A stretch of 64,000 bases of DNA from Stenomitos frigidus ULC029 (GCA_042919575.1 CP170648.1:2619515-2683514), one strand, 5' to 3'. Positions 20,188-30,895 are shown, numbered from the stretch's first letter. Program-made: numbers and translations. The notes: generated from the letters alone by a model not told the origin.

Positions 20188-21714
20188 TTGACTCACTCAA
20201 AATCTACTGCCAGATTACGACGCTTTTTGCCACAACCCCTTGATCGGGTGGCTGTCGTCCTTATCGTAGCGTTGTGCTTGCTGATTGGCATCCTGCTATT
20301 CAATGGAGAGCAGGCAGCGGCTCGTGTGCGCGACTTTAGCTGGCAAGACAAACAGGTTGGTGCTGACGATACGGCTTTTACGCTCACGTTTAGTCGCCCG
20401 ATGGATCGCGACAGCGTAGAGTCAAATCTACGCATTGAGCCACTGCTACCCGGCAAGGTGAGTTGGTCGGGGCGACGCATGGCATACACACTGAACACGC
20501 CTGCGCCCTACGGTACACAGTTTCAGGTACAGCTTCAAAAGGCGTACGATCGCTTTTCAGAGGGTCGCCGTGCAGCTATCCAGCCCTTTACAGGACAGTT
20601 TCAGACGCGCGATCGCGTGTTTGCCTATATCGGTGTGGAGGGTGAAGAGGCGGGGCGATTGGTGTTGTTTAATTTCAAGCAGCAGCAAAAGCAAATTCTG
20701 ACGCCGCCAGAATTGGTGGTGATGGAGTTTCAGACTTATCCTCTGGGCGATCGATTGCTGTTTGCAGCGACGCAGCGCACCTCTCAGCCCACAATGTTGA
20801 CGGAACAGCAGCTTTTTACCGTGACGACGGGCATTCAGCTTAAGCCGCCTGTGCAGCCCTATGCTCAGGTCGCGGCAGATATTGCGCCGCCCTCTGATGC
20901 CCCAGCAGGAAAAGTCGAGCTAGTCCTGGACAACAAAGATTACCAAAACCTTAAGTTTGACCTATCAGCTGACGGCAATATCATCGTTGTGCAACGGGTC
21001 AATCGTCAAAATCCAAGTGACTTTGGCCCCTGGTTGCTAAAGACGAATGCACCACCGCAACCACTTCAAGGTGATCCAGGGGGCGATTTTCTGATTACGC
21101 CGGACAGCAATTCGCTGGCGATCGCTCAGGGGCAAGGGCTAGCGATTTTACCGTTGCAGCCCAATAGCAAACCGTTAGACTTTTTGCCTAAATTTGGCAT
21201 GGTGCTAAGTTTTGCCAAAGATGGCTCGCTAGCAACGATGGTGAAGTTTAATAGCGACAACACACGATCGCTCTTCCTGGTGAGCAACCAGAACACTCAA
21301 AAGGAGCTGTTTCGCACCACTGGTTCGATTATCAGCACTCATTTTGACCCCACGAAGCAAACCCTTTACTGCTTGCTAACTGAACTCCTCACTGAAGGCG
21401 AGGTTTACCGCGAACAGCCTTATTTAGCGGCGATCGACCTTAAAACTGCAAAACTCCGTCCGCTTCTCCTTCTGCCTAATCAGCGCGATGTGCAGGTAAG
21501 TTTGGCACCGGATGGGTTAGCGCTTTTGTTTGACCAAACAACAGAAGCTGCCCAGGACAAAACAGGAGCAAGTGAGACCTTGAGCAACAGCCAGGGAAAG
21601 GCGATCGCTGACAGCCGACTCTGGCTCCTGCCCCTGGATGTCACAAATCTCAACGCCAAACCGCAGCCCGAGTCCTTGCCACTACCAGGGTTGCGCCCCC
21701 TCTGGCTACCCTAA
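20188..21714 (+). CDS. hypothetical membrane-anchored protein (508 aa)
   Basis: N-terminal TM helix. Beta-rich periplasmic part. No recognisable catalytic motif. Confidence 0.45.
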   Translation: MTHSKSTARLRRFLPQPLDRVAVVLIVALCLLIGILLFNGEQAAARVRDFSWQDKQVGADDTAFTLTFSRPMDRDSVESNLRIEPLLPGKVSWSGRRMAYTLNTPAPYGTQFQVQLQKAYDRFSEGRRAAIQPFTGQFQTRDRVFAYIGVEGEEAGRLVLFNFKQQQKQILTPPELVVMEFQTYPLGDRLLFAATQRTSQPTMLTEQQLFTVTTGIQLKPPVQPYAQVAADIAPPSDAPAGKVELVLDNKDYQNLKFDLSADGNIIVVQRVNRQNPSDFGPWLLKTNAPPQPLQGDPGGDFLITPDSNSLAIAQGQGLAILPLQPNSKPLDFLPKFGMVLSFAKDGSLATMVKFNSDNTRSLFLVSNQNTQKELFRTTGSIISTHFDPTKQTLYCLLTELLTEGEVYREQPYLAAIDLKTAKLRPLLLLPNQRDVQVSLAPDGLALLFDQTTEAAQDKTGASETLSNSQGKAIADSRLWLLPLDVTNLNAKPQPESLPLPGLRPLWLP

Positions 21715-21719
21715 AGCCA

Positions 21720-21850
21720 TTAGCTCGTTTTCCTCCTCCTTCACCTCACTCTTTCACTTTCTTACTCCTTCACCTTGCCCCCTCTTCACCCTTCACCTTT
21801 TCACTCCTCCACCTTTTCACTCCTCCCCTCCAAGACCCTGCACCCTCTTT
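21720..21850. repeat. CT-rich (minus strand GA-rich) low-complexity repeat tract
   Basis: cttcacc/ttttcactcctcc units repeated. Lies immediately 3' of the 20188-21714 gene. Confidence 0.6.
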
Positions 21851-22005
21851 TCTGTTCGCTCTGTATAATCTGCATCACATGAGTGACTGCGATCGACTGC
21901 TAACATCAAGTTGCTTCGTCTTAAGCCGACACAGAAGCGCCGCTAATCGATGAGTTCAAATCATGCGTGCAGTATCGCGATCGTCATCCTGCTTCAAGGG
22001 TCAAT

Positions 22006-23751
22006 ATGCAAGTACAGGATCTGCTAGAGCGTTACCAGAACGGCGAACGAAACTTTGCTCAGATTGACCTTAGCAGCGCCAACCTAAGTGGAGCCAACCT
22101 GCGTGATGCTGACCTCACAGGCGCTGACATGACAGGTGCTAATTTAAGCTGGGCTTTTTTGAGCCGCGCTAATTTGACAGGAGCCTGCCTGAGGCGGGCA
22201 GACCTTCGCAGTGCGTCACTCAATAACGCCGTGCTGAACCAGGCAATCCTGAGCGGTGCTAATCTCAGCAAAGCAGATTTGCGGATGGCGCAGCTAGAAA
22301 CGGCTGATCTAAACTGGGCAGTGCTTCAGGAAGCTGACCTTAGTGGCGCTAACCTCCAGGCAGCCAAGCTCGATCAGGTCAACCTTGAACGGGCAAAGTT
22401 AAGTAACAGTTGCCTGATTGCAGCAGAATTAATGGAAGCCAACCTGCGTCGTGCCAACCTCACTAGCGCCCAACTCGATCGCGCAAACCTGCGGGAGGCA
22501 CATCTAGAAGAAGCAAACCTGCGAGAGGCATCACTGATTGGCGCAAACTTGATCGAAGCCAACTTAAACGGCGTGTATCTACGACAGGCTAATCTCACCG
22601 AAGCAGACCTGCATCGCGTTGTCTTGACTGGGGCAGACATGAGTGAAGCAATTCTTACTAATGCTGACCTCAGCCGAGCCAATCTGACAGGAGCCTACTT
22701 GCTCAAAGCCAGTATGAGTAAAGCCCAGCTTTTACGGGCAAACCTGCAAGATGTCTATCTCTTAAGGGCGGATCTCAACGGAGCGAACCTGCGTGGAGCC
22801 GATCTGCGACGAGCGGATTTAAGTGGAGCATATCTCAGCGATACGTCCTTGAGCGAAGCCGACCTCAGCGATGCTTACTTGCTGGAAAGCCATCTCATTC
22901 GCACCAATTTAGACGGGGCACAGATGACCGGCTGCTGCATTGCCAATTGGCACCTGGAGAACACAGATTGCTCTAGAATCAACTGCCGCTACGTGTTTAC
23001 TGGGTTTGACTACACGACTAAAAACCCTGCCGATCGCTACCCAGTCGGGCGCGATCTGGAAGCAGGCGAACTAGAGCAGCATTATCAGCAAGACAATGCC
23101 GTGGTTGAGGTCTATTTTACCGAAGCGCCGAATTGGGAAGCCTTTGCGTTTACATTAGCGCAGCTTGATCTTGAAGAAAACGCGCTGGGACTAACGATAA
23201 AAGCTTATAAGCCATCAGACGATAACTACCTGATTCAGTTAAAGGCAACGCGCCCAGTGAATGCCAAAGCGGTAACGCGACGCATCTTTCAGCTTTATCC
23301 AAAAATTTTGCAGCAGTTGCTCACGCATCGAACCAAAATTCTGAGCCTGTTAGCGATCGCGCCTCAGACCACTCAACCCAACTTGTCCCTGGAACCGTCC
23401 CAAGTTAACCGATCCGCACCAGAGACACCCTCGAACGATCGCCGCATCCGGCTTTACCAGGAAGTTGTGCGGCAAATCCAGCACATTATGATGACTCAGG
23501 CTCCTGAACAATTTGTGCAGAGTGTGCAGCAACTACTTGAATATCTCAACCAGCAGGGCATTGCGACAGAAGCGATCCAGAAGAAAGTGATTAGTCAGGT
23601 CATTACACAGCGCGCTAAACAAGACAAACGCTTTTGCGACCACATCCAGCGCTGGGAGAAAACGGCTCCTGACGCTGCCCGATCGTCCACTGTGGGCCAG
23701 GCAATGCGTTTTGCGATCGCGCAGTTGTGGGCTGACACCAAACAAAGCTAA
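22006..23751 (+). CDS. pentapeptide-repeat protein with unique C-terminal domain
   Basis: About 300 aa of ANLxx repeats after MQVQDLLERYQNGERNF, then a roughly 250-aa non-repeat domain. Confidence 0.8.
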   Translation: MQVQDLLERYQNGERNFAQIDLSSANLSGANLRDADLTGADMTGANLSWAFLSRANLTGACLRRADLRSASLNNAVLNQAILSGANLSKADLRMAQLETADLNWAVLQEADLSGANLQAAKLDQVNLERAKLSNSCLIAAELMEANLRRANLTSAQLDRANLREAHLEEANLREASLIGANLIEANLNGVYLRQANLTEADLHRVVLTGADMSEAILTNADLSRANLTGAYLLKASMSKAQLLRANLQDVYLLRADLNGANLRGADLRRADLSGAYLSDTSLSEADLSDAYLLESHLIRTNLDGAQMTGCCIANWHLENTDCSRINCRYVFTGFDYTTKNPADRYPVGRDLEAGELEQHYQQDNAVVEVYFTEAPNWEAFAFTLAQLDLEENALGLTIKAYKPSDDNYLIQLKATRPVNAKAVTRRIFQLYPKILQQLLTHRTKILSLLAIAPQTTQPNLSLEPSQVNRSAPETPSNDRRIRLYQEVVRQIQHIMMTQAPEQFVQSVQQLLEYLNQQGIATEAIQKKVISQVITQRAKQDKRFCDHIQRWEKTAPDAARSSTVGQAMRFAIAQLWADTKQS

Positions 23752-23987
23752 CGGTCAGCACAAGCATCACTGTTAAGTCGCTTGACTTACAGCTAGACTG
23801 CCGACGCAAAAAACCACAGGGCTAGAGCCTTAGGGCTAATAGTTACACCTGCGTTTCACGATTAAAGCTGGGCTTTGCACGAAGCTGGGCAAAAGCAAAG
23901 ATGTTGGGGAGGAGAAGGGAAAAAACCCTTGTTTGTGGGCAAAGTCCCGACCCCTCTTCTTCTAGAGAGTGAAGGCTACTACTGGTA

Positions 23988-24188
23988 CTAGAGAGCCTGA
24001 CGAGAAACTAATTTTTCAAAGGTTGCCTGAGTCTGATGGAGCATCTGCTCACGGCTATCAACCGTATTAGTCAGCGTTGGCACCAGATTACGGGCTTGGA
24101 GCGCCATATGAAGTTGGAGATGCGCGACGTACTCGCTAAAGTCTTCTCGGTATGCAGCGTTTGAGGATTGACGTAAAGACGAATTCAA
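23988..24188 (-). CDS. small hypothetical protein (66 aa, TTG start, strong AAGGAG RBS)
   Basis: AAGGAG lies 6 nt upstream of the TTG start. No recognisable family. Confidence 0.35.
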   Translation of the reverse strand: MNSSLRQSSNAAYREDFSEYVAHLQLHMALQARNLVPTLTNTVDSREQMLHQTQATFEKLVSRQAL

Positions 24189-24484
24189 AGCGTTCTCCTT
24201 GTTAACTCTAGAGCCTGAACCACGTCACGAATGTATCATGCAGGCTTTTTCCACTCTCGGCTTCGCAACGAAGGTTAACGGTTTATCGGTTAATTATTGA
24301 GAACTGTAAAGTTTTTTTGATGTTGAGCCAAGCGACCATATAAAAATGACTGCTGTTCAATGCCTAAACGTTTGTTGCATCCGCCCCACTGGGAGCCAGA
24401 CAAACGGTAGGAAACGAACAGCAGTCAACGGGTATGCACAGCGCGATCGCAGGAACGTCCTTCGTCTCTACGCCGATCGTTGCA

Positions 24485-26227
24485 CTAGAGTTTACGGACT
24501 GAGGATAAGACGGATGGCAGCAAGGCAGCAGTGCTGGCAGTTGATAGCTCTGCCAAGGCGCCGATCGCAGCATTAAATAAACGCCCAGGTTGAAGATCGT
24601 CTTTGATCAGGTTCCAGAGGCGCTGGACTTCTTCTGTATGCAAACGATCGTCTTCAGTCAGTGCAATAACCAATTGTCGCCGCAGAAACTTGCCTTCATC
24701 GGACAACAAGTATTGAATACCGAGCTGCGCCGTCGGCAAGAGATCAAACGACTGATCGCTACGGGCGATCGCAATCAGGTTTTCCAACCGCTCCCACTGA
24801 AACTTCCCATCCTTAAACAGCACTTCAAGCAGTCTGCGTCGCAGCGCTGGCGATTCTCCCTTCAGCAAACGCTGCGCCACATATGGGTAAGCAACATCGA
24901 CAATCTTGAAGTTAGGGTTGAGGGTGAGCGCAAGACCTTCCTGCGTCACCAACGAACGAATAATCAGCGCAAACTTAGCTGGCAAGCGGAACGGATATTC
25001 ATACATCAACTCTGAGAAGCGATCGGTAATGGTCTTAAAGTTAAAGTCCTTCACGCTTTCGCCCAGCACATTACCTAACACCGCTTCCAGTGCGGGAACG
25101 ATCGGCTGAATGTCAGTATCTGGGGTCAGAAAGCCCAGCTTCACAAAATCCTTTGCCAGATCAACATAATCTTTGTTGATGAGATGCACGACCGCATCCA
25201 CGATCGTTTCCTTGGCAGTCTCGTCAAGCTGATCCATCATACCGAAGTCGATGTATGCCATCTGAGCGATCGGCTGCTCCGTCGTTTTGCTGCCATCTAC
25301 ATTGCAGTGCGGTGCCATCGCAAAGAGATTACCAGGATGCGGATCGGCATGAAAGAAACCAAATTCCAGGAGCTGGCGCAGACCAGAGGTAACCCCAATC
25401 TCAATCAGTGCATCGGTTGCCAATCCGGCTTCACGGATGCGATCAGTATCGGTCAGCTTAAAGCCATGAATCCACTCTAAAACCAGTACGTGCTGACTGC
25501 TGTAGCGCCAGTAAATTGCAGGCACCTTAACCGTTGGATCATCCCGGAAGTTAGTTGCAAACGCTTCAGCGTTGCGTCCCTCGTTCAAGTAATCAATTTC
25601 TTCAAAAAGCTTGATGCCAAACTCATCTACAACTAGAGCCAGGTCATGCCCCAGGTTAAGCGGTAGCCAGGGAGCTAAGAAACTAGCGGCACGCCGCATT
25701 AAATAAAGGTCTAACGTAATCACTGGCAGCAGATTGGGACGCTGCACTTTGACAGCAACTTCTTCACCCGTATAAAGACGGGCATGATAGACCTGTCCTA
25801 AACTAGCCGCTGCTACTGGTAGGGGCGAGATTTGGCTAAAGATTTCGTTAACAGTGCGATCGAGTTCGGCTTCAATCAGCGCCAGGGCGATCGGCGTTGG
25901 GAAGGGTGGCAACTGATCCTGTAGTTTGATCAGCTCATCCAAAAAGTCCTTACGGATCAAGTCAGGGCGTGTAGACAGAGCTTGACCCACCTTGATAAAG
26001 GTCGGTCCCAGCTTGATCAGGGTCTTACGTAGCTGCTCGGCGCGCTTGAGCTTGTGACGCTCTTGATCACCTCGCCACGCATCCCACTTTAGACCCAGAA
26101 AAAAGCCGACAAACGAAAAAATAACGTGAAGCGTACGAGAAAGTGCTTTCCAGGGGCGATAGCGATAATACTGTGCGATCGCCCCTGCATCGTAACGTCT
26201 CAATTGACTAAGGGGATGCTGACCCAC
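24485..26227 (-). CDS. ABC1/UbiB-family atypical kinase (AarF domain)
   Basis: KLGPTFIKVGQALSTRPDLI...AAASLGQVYHARL...HADPHPGN are ABC1-kinase hallmarks. Confidence 0.85.
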   Translation of the reverse strand: MGQHPLSQLRRYDAGAIAQYYRYRPWKALSRTLHVIFSFVGFFLGLKWDAWRGDQERHKLKRAEQLRKTLIKLGPTFIKVGQALSTRPDLIRKDFLDELIKLQDQLPPFPTPIALALIEAELDRTVNEIFSQISPLPVAAASLGQVYHARLYTGEEVAVKVQRPNLLPVITLDLYLMRRAASFLAPWLPLNLGHDLALVVDEFGIKLFEEIDYLNEGRNAEAFATNFRDDPTVKVPAIYWRYSSQHVLVLEWIHGFKLTDTDRIREAGLATDALIEIGVTSGLRQLLEFGFFHADPHPGNLFAMAPHCNVDGSKTTEQPIAQMAYIDFGMMDQLDETAKETIVDAVVHLINKDYVDLAKDFVKLGFLTPDTDIQPIVPALEAVLGNVLGESVKDFNFKTITDRFSELMYEYPFRLPAKFALIIRSLVTQEGLALTLNPNFKIVDVAYPYVAQRLLKGESPALRRRLLEVLFKDGKFQWERLENLIAIARSDQSFDLLPTAQLGIQYLLSDEGKFLRRQLVIALTEDDRLHTEEVQRLWNLIKDDLQPGRLFNAAIGALAELSTASTAALLPSVLSSVRKL

Positions 26228-26388
26228 GCTTGCTCTTACCTCTCTAACGTGCTCTCAAAAGGTGAGGGCAGCGCCGCAGCTTGCTAGCATCGCCCCCAGT
26301 AAAATCAATTGCTTGCAAAAAGAATGCTAAACGTTGAACTCGTTTAGCCCTTAATCTTTGCTTTACTTTTTGCCTTACTTCACTATAG

Positions 26389-26420
26389 TATACGAAACTA
26401 CAAACATTTTCGTATACTGC
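26389..26420. promoter_or_regulatory. perfect 11-bp inverted repeat AGTATACGAAA-N10-TTTCGTATACT (candidate operator)
   Basis: Seen directly. About 160 nt upstream of the ABC1 kinase start, in the 350-nt spacer between the ABC1 kinase and the DegT aminotransferase gene. Confidence 0.4.
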
Positions 26421-26585
26421 TTGACCCACGGGCAACATGTAGCTAAAAGCACCTGAAGCAAAGGCAGGGATTGATCCCCAGTGACTCTGGAGGTCAGACT
26501 TAGCAAGCACTGTCACCCTACGAGGCAAGATTGAGGCACGATAGCTTTCATCGCTTTGTTCTTACTCGTCTAGCGTGCCCATTCG

Positions 26586-27746
26586 TCAAGCAGCACGATC
26601 GCTCAGGCAATCCTTTAAGGCATATGCCACTCGCTCTTGCTGTTCCGGTAGCATTTCGGGAAACATCGGCAATGACAGCACTTCGGTCGCGATCCGCTCT
26701 GCGATCGGGTGCGGTTTGGTCGCTTGCGTTTGATCCTTATAAATGGGCTGGAGATGCAGCGGTAGAGGGTAGTACACCATAGAACTAATCCCTTCTGCCT
26801 GTAGCTGCTGGCGCACCTGATCCCTGTGATTACCGTTGTTTGATGTGGTCTGATGTGGTGCGGGGCTGAGCAAGCGAAGCGTGTACTGGTTCCAAACGCC
26901 CTTGCCGCCTGCTGGCTCTTGCGGCACAACGAGACTTGGAACGTGCTGTAGCATCTGGTGATAGCGATCGGCAACAGCGCGACGCTGATCATTCCAGGTA
27001 TCGAGATAGCGAAGTTTGACTTGCAGGATGGCGGCTTGCAGAGCATCCAGACGGGAGTTAACGCCGATCGCCTCGTGATAATAGCCACCCGCTCGTCTGC
27101 CGTGGTCGCGCAGCATGCGGATAGTGGCAGCGATCGTCGGATCATTCGTTGTCACCGCACCACCATCGCCACACGCGCCCAGATTTTTGGTGGGATAGAA
27201 GCTAAAGCAGCCGATGTGCCCAATGCTGCCAACCTTTTGCGCTGCCCATTCGGCACCCACAGCCTGAGCGCAATCTTCAATGACAGTAAGATTGTGAGCC
27301 TGAGCGATCGCCATTAGCCGGGTCATATCCACTGGCTGCCCAAACAAATGAACTGGAAGAATGGCCCGCGTCCGTTCTGTAATCGCCGCTTCGACCCGAT
27401 CAAGATCCAGGTTAAAGGTATGCGCTTCGATATCGACAAAAACAGGTGTGGCACCGATCGCGCTGACAACTTCTGCCGTGGCGATAAACGTAAACGGGGT
27501 TGTAATTACCTCGTCGCCCGGTTTGATATCTAACGCTCGCAAGGCTAGATAGAGCGCATCGGTGCCAGAGTTGCAGGCAACGCACTCTGAAGTGCCGATA
27601 TAGTGAGCAAACTGTTGCTCAAACGTTTCAACCGCAGCGCCGCCAATGTACTGACCTGACGCAAGCACGGCTAGCACTGCCGCGTTTACCTCATCGCCAA
27701 TAATTTTGTACTGCTTGGATAGATCGAACGGGGGAATTTTACTCAC
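26586..27746 (-). CDS. DegT/DnrJ/EryC1/StrS-family PLP-dependent aminotransferase
   Basis: [14 protein letters not shown]...[12 protein letters not shown]...[13 protein letters not shown] is the typical sugar aminotransferase N-terminus. Confidence 0.85.
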   Translation of the reverse strand: MSKIPPFDLSKQYKIIGDEVNAAVLAVLASGQYIGGAAVETFEQQFAHYIGTSECVACNSGTDALYLALRALDIKPGDEVITTPFTFIATAEVVSAIGATPVFVDIEAHTFNLDLDRVEAAITERTRAILPVHLFGQPVDMTRLMAIAQAHNLTVIEDCAQAVGAEWAAQKVGSIGHIGCFSFYPTKNLGACGDGGAVTTNDPTIAATIRMLRDHGRRAGGYYHEAIGVNSRLDALQAAILQVKLRYLDTWNDQRRAVADRYHQMLQHVPSLVVPQEPAGGKGVWNQYTLRLLSPAPHQTTSNNGNHRDQVRQQLQAEGISSMVYYPLPLHLQPIYKDQTQATKPHPIAERIATEVLSLPMFPEMLPEQQERVAYALKDCLSDRAA

Positions 27747-28004
27747 TCACTTACACCACACATCACACTCTGTTAATAGAATCAAATTTTGTCCACAAAT
27801 GGAATCAAATTGCTGCCTTTCGTTCACTGGACTGGATTGAAGCATTGATTGTTTCAGCCCAAGAGAAAGGAGCAGTAGGAGTAAGGGAAGCTTTTTTGAG
27901 CGATGAGTTGAAATTGCTAACTGTTTATCGGCTACTGCTTACTTTCTTTTAGCATCCATAACGTTCTAATCTGTCCCCAGGGCATTACAACCACCAACTC
28001 TATT

Positions 28005-28769
28005 ATGGATTCACCGTTACAAATTGTTTGGGCATTGGGCATGATGGCGATCGCCATTGCCCTCTCAGCATGGCAACGTTTGGGACTGGAGTGGAATTTA
28101 GCCGTCGCCACCGGACGCACAGTGATGCAATTGTTGGTCGTAGGCTACGTGCTGGCAGCAGTCTTCGCCATTCGCAATCCCTGGGCAGTGCTGGTGGTGC
28201 TGGGAGTGATGCTAGCGATCGCCACGATCGTGGCTCGTAATCGGATTAGCAAAAAAGTGCCGCACCTGCTGCCCCTGGTCGGTGGCTCCATTCTGGTGAG
28301 CACGGTTCTGACCCTGGCGTATACGAGCTTGCTGGTGATCCGACCGCAGGTCTGGTATGAACCGCAGTACGTCATTCCCCTCGCAGGCATTGTGCTGGGT
28401 AATGCGATGAATGGTGCCGCGATCGTGGGAGAACGCCTGGTCAGCACCCTGAACAACAGCCAGCTAGAGATTGAAACGCATCTAAGCTTGGGCGCAACAC
28501 CTCAGCAGGCGATCGCGCAATACCGCAAAGATGCCATCAAAGCGGGACTCATTCCGACCGTCAACACCATGATGGTCGTCGGTATTGTCACCCTACCTGG
28601 CATTATGACGGGGCAGATTCTAGCCGGAGCCGATCCCCTAGTGGCAGCCTCTTACCAGATGCTAGTCATGTTCATGGTGGCGTTTGCGACGCTGATTACA
28701 ACCTTGCTTGTGAGTTGGGGTATCTGTCGGCAGTTTTTCAATCAGGCGGCACAGCTAATCCTGTGGTAA
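28005..28769 (+). CDS. ABC transporter permease, FetB/YbbM (UPF0014) family
   Basis: 254-aa polytopic membrane protein. Sequence pattern consistent with the UPF0014/FetB family. Confidence 0.6.
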   Translation: MDSPLQIVWALGMMAIAIALSAWQRLGLEWNLAVATGRTVMQLLVVGYVLAAVFAIRNPWAVLVVLGVMLAIATIVARNRISKKVPHLLPLVGGSILVSTVLTLAYTSLLVIRPQVWYEPQYVIPLAGIVLGNAMNGAAIVGERLVSTLNNSQLEIETHLSLGATPQQAIAQYRKDAIKAGLIPTVNTMMVVGIVTLPGIMTGQILAGADPLVAASYQMLVMFMVAFATLITTLLVSWGICRQFFNQAAQLILW

Positions 28770-28864
28770 CGCCTGAAGACATTCCTGCACCCAGACTCGA
28801 AAGGCTTTGACCACGAACCTCTCGCCCAACTGATTGCTTTGGCTGACAAACCGAAGAATTTCGC

Positions 28865-30835
28865 TCACTCTGCAACTTGCCAGACACGAAGGGTGCGATC
28901 GCTGCTGCCGCTGACGATCGTTTTGCCATCGGCACTGAGGGCAATGGTGTTCACCGAGTTACTATGTCCAGACAGAACGATCGCCGCTGCTTGGGTGTTA
29001 TTTAAGTCCCATAGTTTTAGGGTGCCATCCCAACTGCCGCTGATGAGGGTCGTGCCATCGAGGGTAAATTTTAGTGCGCTCACTGTCCAGGAGTGTCCTG
29101 GTAAGGTACGCAGCAAGCGCCCTGTTTGTGTGCTCCAAAGCTTGATGGTGCGATCGTCCCCACCTGTCGCCAGCATTTGACTATCCAGGCTGAAGGCGAC
29201 TGCCTGCACCGTGCCGACGTGATCGCCCAAGGTGTAGCACATCTGAATAGTGAGATTTGCTTCGGTTGTCCACAAACAGACCGTGTGATCGGCGCTGGCG
29301 CTGGCAAGCAACTGTCCATTCGGACTAAAGGCAATCGCTGTGACATTCAGCCGATGTGCTTTGAGTGTGCAAAGTTCTTCTCGTGTCTGAAGATTCCAAA
29401 GCTTGATGGTTTTATCGCGGCTGGCGCTGGCAAGCATTCGTCCGCTGGGGGTAAACGCGATCGCGGTGACGGCTTGCGTGTGCTGACCCAAAACCTCGCT
29501 ACGACCAGAGATATCGAGATACCACTTTCGCGTCAGTACAACCGTTCGATCCTGTCCTCCAGAGGCAATGGTTGCGCCATCGGGGCTAAAGGCGATCGCA
29601 CGAATCGCCAGCACATGATCAAGCACAGCCGTGATCACATCGCCCGTTTGCAAATTCCAGAAGCGGATTGTTTTGTCTTCACTACTGCTGGCGACGATCG
29701 GGCGATTGGGACTGATGGCAACGGCATTGACGCAGGCAGTATGCCCCATAAAGGTGTGAGCGTAATGCCAGGAGGCGATCCGGGGAAAGTTTTGAATGAT
29801 GAGTTTTGAGTTTTGAGTTGAAAGAGTTGTTAGGTTCTGGCTGCTAGTTTTTAGTAGCAGATTTTCATCATTCTCACTCCCGACTCCTGACTCCTGAATT
29901 GCCCTCATTACTGCATCTGCTGATTGAAACCGCTTGCTCAAGGCATTTTGCAGGAGGCGATCGAGAATCATAGCAAGGCGATCGCTGACTGGGTTTGGCA
30001 CATACTGCCGCCAAGCCCAGTCATTGTTAGACAGATCGAAGAGGTCAAACGGCGATAAATCCGTCAGCAGATGAATACAGGTAACGCCCAGGCTGTAGAG
30101 ATCGCTGGCAAAAACGGCTTTACCCCGTGCCTGTTCTGGCGCGACATACTCAGCGCTACCGATGCTGGTGCCTGTTTTGAGGCGATCGCTCAGTTGCACT
30201 AATTTCGCCGCACCAAAATCTACTAAGACTAACTGAGAAGACTCCCTATCCCGTTGCCAGATCAGATTAGCGGGTTTGATATCGCGGTGAATGATTTGGC
30301 GATCGTGAATAAATTTGAGAATCGGCAGCACCTGATCCAACAGCCGCCAGATAAAGGCTTCTGTCACCGCGCCCTGTGCCAAAACCTGTTCAAGGTTCTG
30401 TCCGTCGATAAATTCTTGCACCAGGTAAAGCCGTTGATCGTCCTCAAACGCATTCAACAAAGCCGGAATCTGTGGATAGCTACCTAGTTCTCCAAGTCGC
30501 TGTGCCTCTTGATGAAAAAGAGCGATCGCCTCCGGTGCGGGCATCACCTGATGTGGAACAAACTGTTTGATGACACAAAAAGCGGTATCGGAAGCACGTG
30601 TGTGAGTTGCGTCACCATTGGCTTCTAACTCTAGATCGTCTGCCTTCTGCCCTCTGCCTTCTGCCTCTAGCTGCTCATCGATCGCCAAAAATGTCCGCCC
30701 AAAGCCCCCTTGACCAAGCAGTTGCACAGCACGATAGCGACGTTTCAACTGCAAGCAAAAACCGCAGGCTTGACAGCACTCAGCGCTATCAAGATTCTGC
30801 GGTACGTTGCATGTTGGGTTGAGGCAATAGCTCAT
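28865..30835 (-). CDS. Ser/Thr protein kinase fused to a seven-blade WD40 domain
   Basis: N-terminal Cys-rich segment, kinase motifs (GQGGFGRTF, HRDIKPANL, DFG), then WD40 repeats (GHT..V.AVAFSPDG...WD). Linker carries a composite repeat insertion. Confidence 0.85.
   Translation of the reverse strand: MSYCLNPTCNVPQNLDSAECCQACGFCLQLKRRYRAVQLLGQGGFGRTFLAIDEQLEAEGRGQKADDLELEANGDATHTRASDTAFCVIKQFVPHQVMPAPEAIALFHQEAQRLGELGSYPQIPALLNAFEDDQRLYLVQEFIDGQNLEQVLAQGAVTEAFIWRLLDQVLPILKFIHDRQIIHRDIKPANLIWQRDRESSQLVLVDFGAAKLVQLSDRLKTGTSIGSAEYVAPEQARGKAVFASDLYSLGVTCIHLLTDLSPFDLFDLSNNDWAWRQYVPNPVSDRLAMILDRLLQNALSKRFQSADAVMRAIQESGVGSENDENLLLKTSSQNLTTLSTQNSKLIIQNFPRIASWHYAHTFMGHTACVNAVAISPNRPIVASSSEDKTIRFWNLQTGDVITAVLDHVLAIRAIAFSPDGATIASGGQDRTVVLTRKWYLDISGRSEVLGQHTQAVTAIAFTPSGRMLASASRDKTIKLWNLQTREELCTLKAHRLNVTAIAFSPNGQLLASASADHTVCLWTTEANLTIQMCYTLGDHVGTVQAVAFSLDSQMLATGGDDRTIKLWSTQTGRLLRTLPGHSWTVSALKFTLDGTTLISGSWDGTLKLWDLNNTQAAAIVLSGHSNSVNTIALSADGKTIVSGSSDRTLRVWQVAE
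29790..29910 (-). repeat. in-frame composite repeat inside the kinase-WD40 linker (coding strand GA-rich then AACTCAAAACTCAAAACTC)
   Basis: Plus strand reads gagttttgagttttgagttg ... ctcactcccgactcctgactcc. Translated as ...QESGVGSENDEN...LSTQNSKLIIQN. Confidence 0.75.
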
Positions 30836-30895
30836 AGAGCGATCGATAAAGAATGCAGGCAGCAGGCTTTTATTCTGACACCTGCATTCAAGTCT

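Noticed and set aside
26244-26528. 94-aa minus-strand ORF in the ABC1-kinase/DegT spacer
   Set aside because: No RBS or family. The region is more plausibly regulatory (it contains the 22-bp palindrome).
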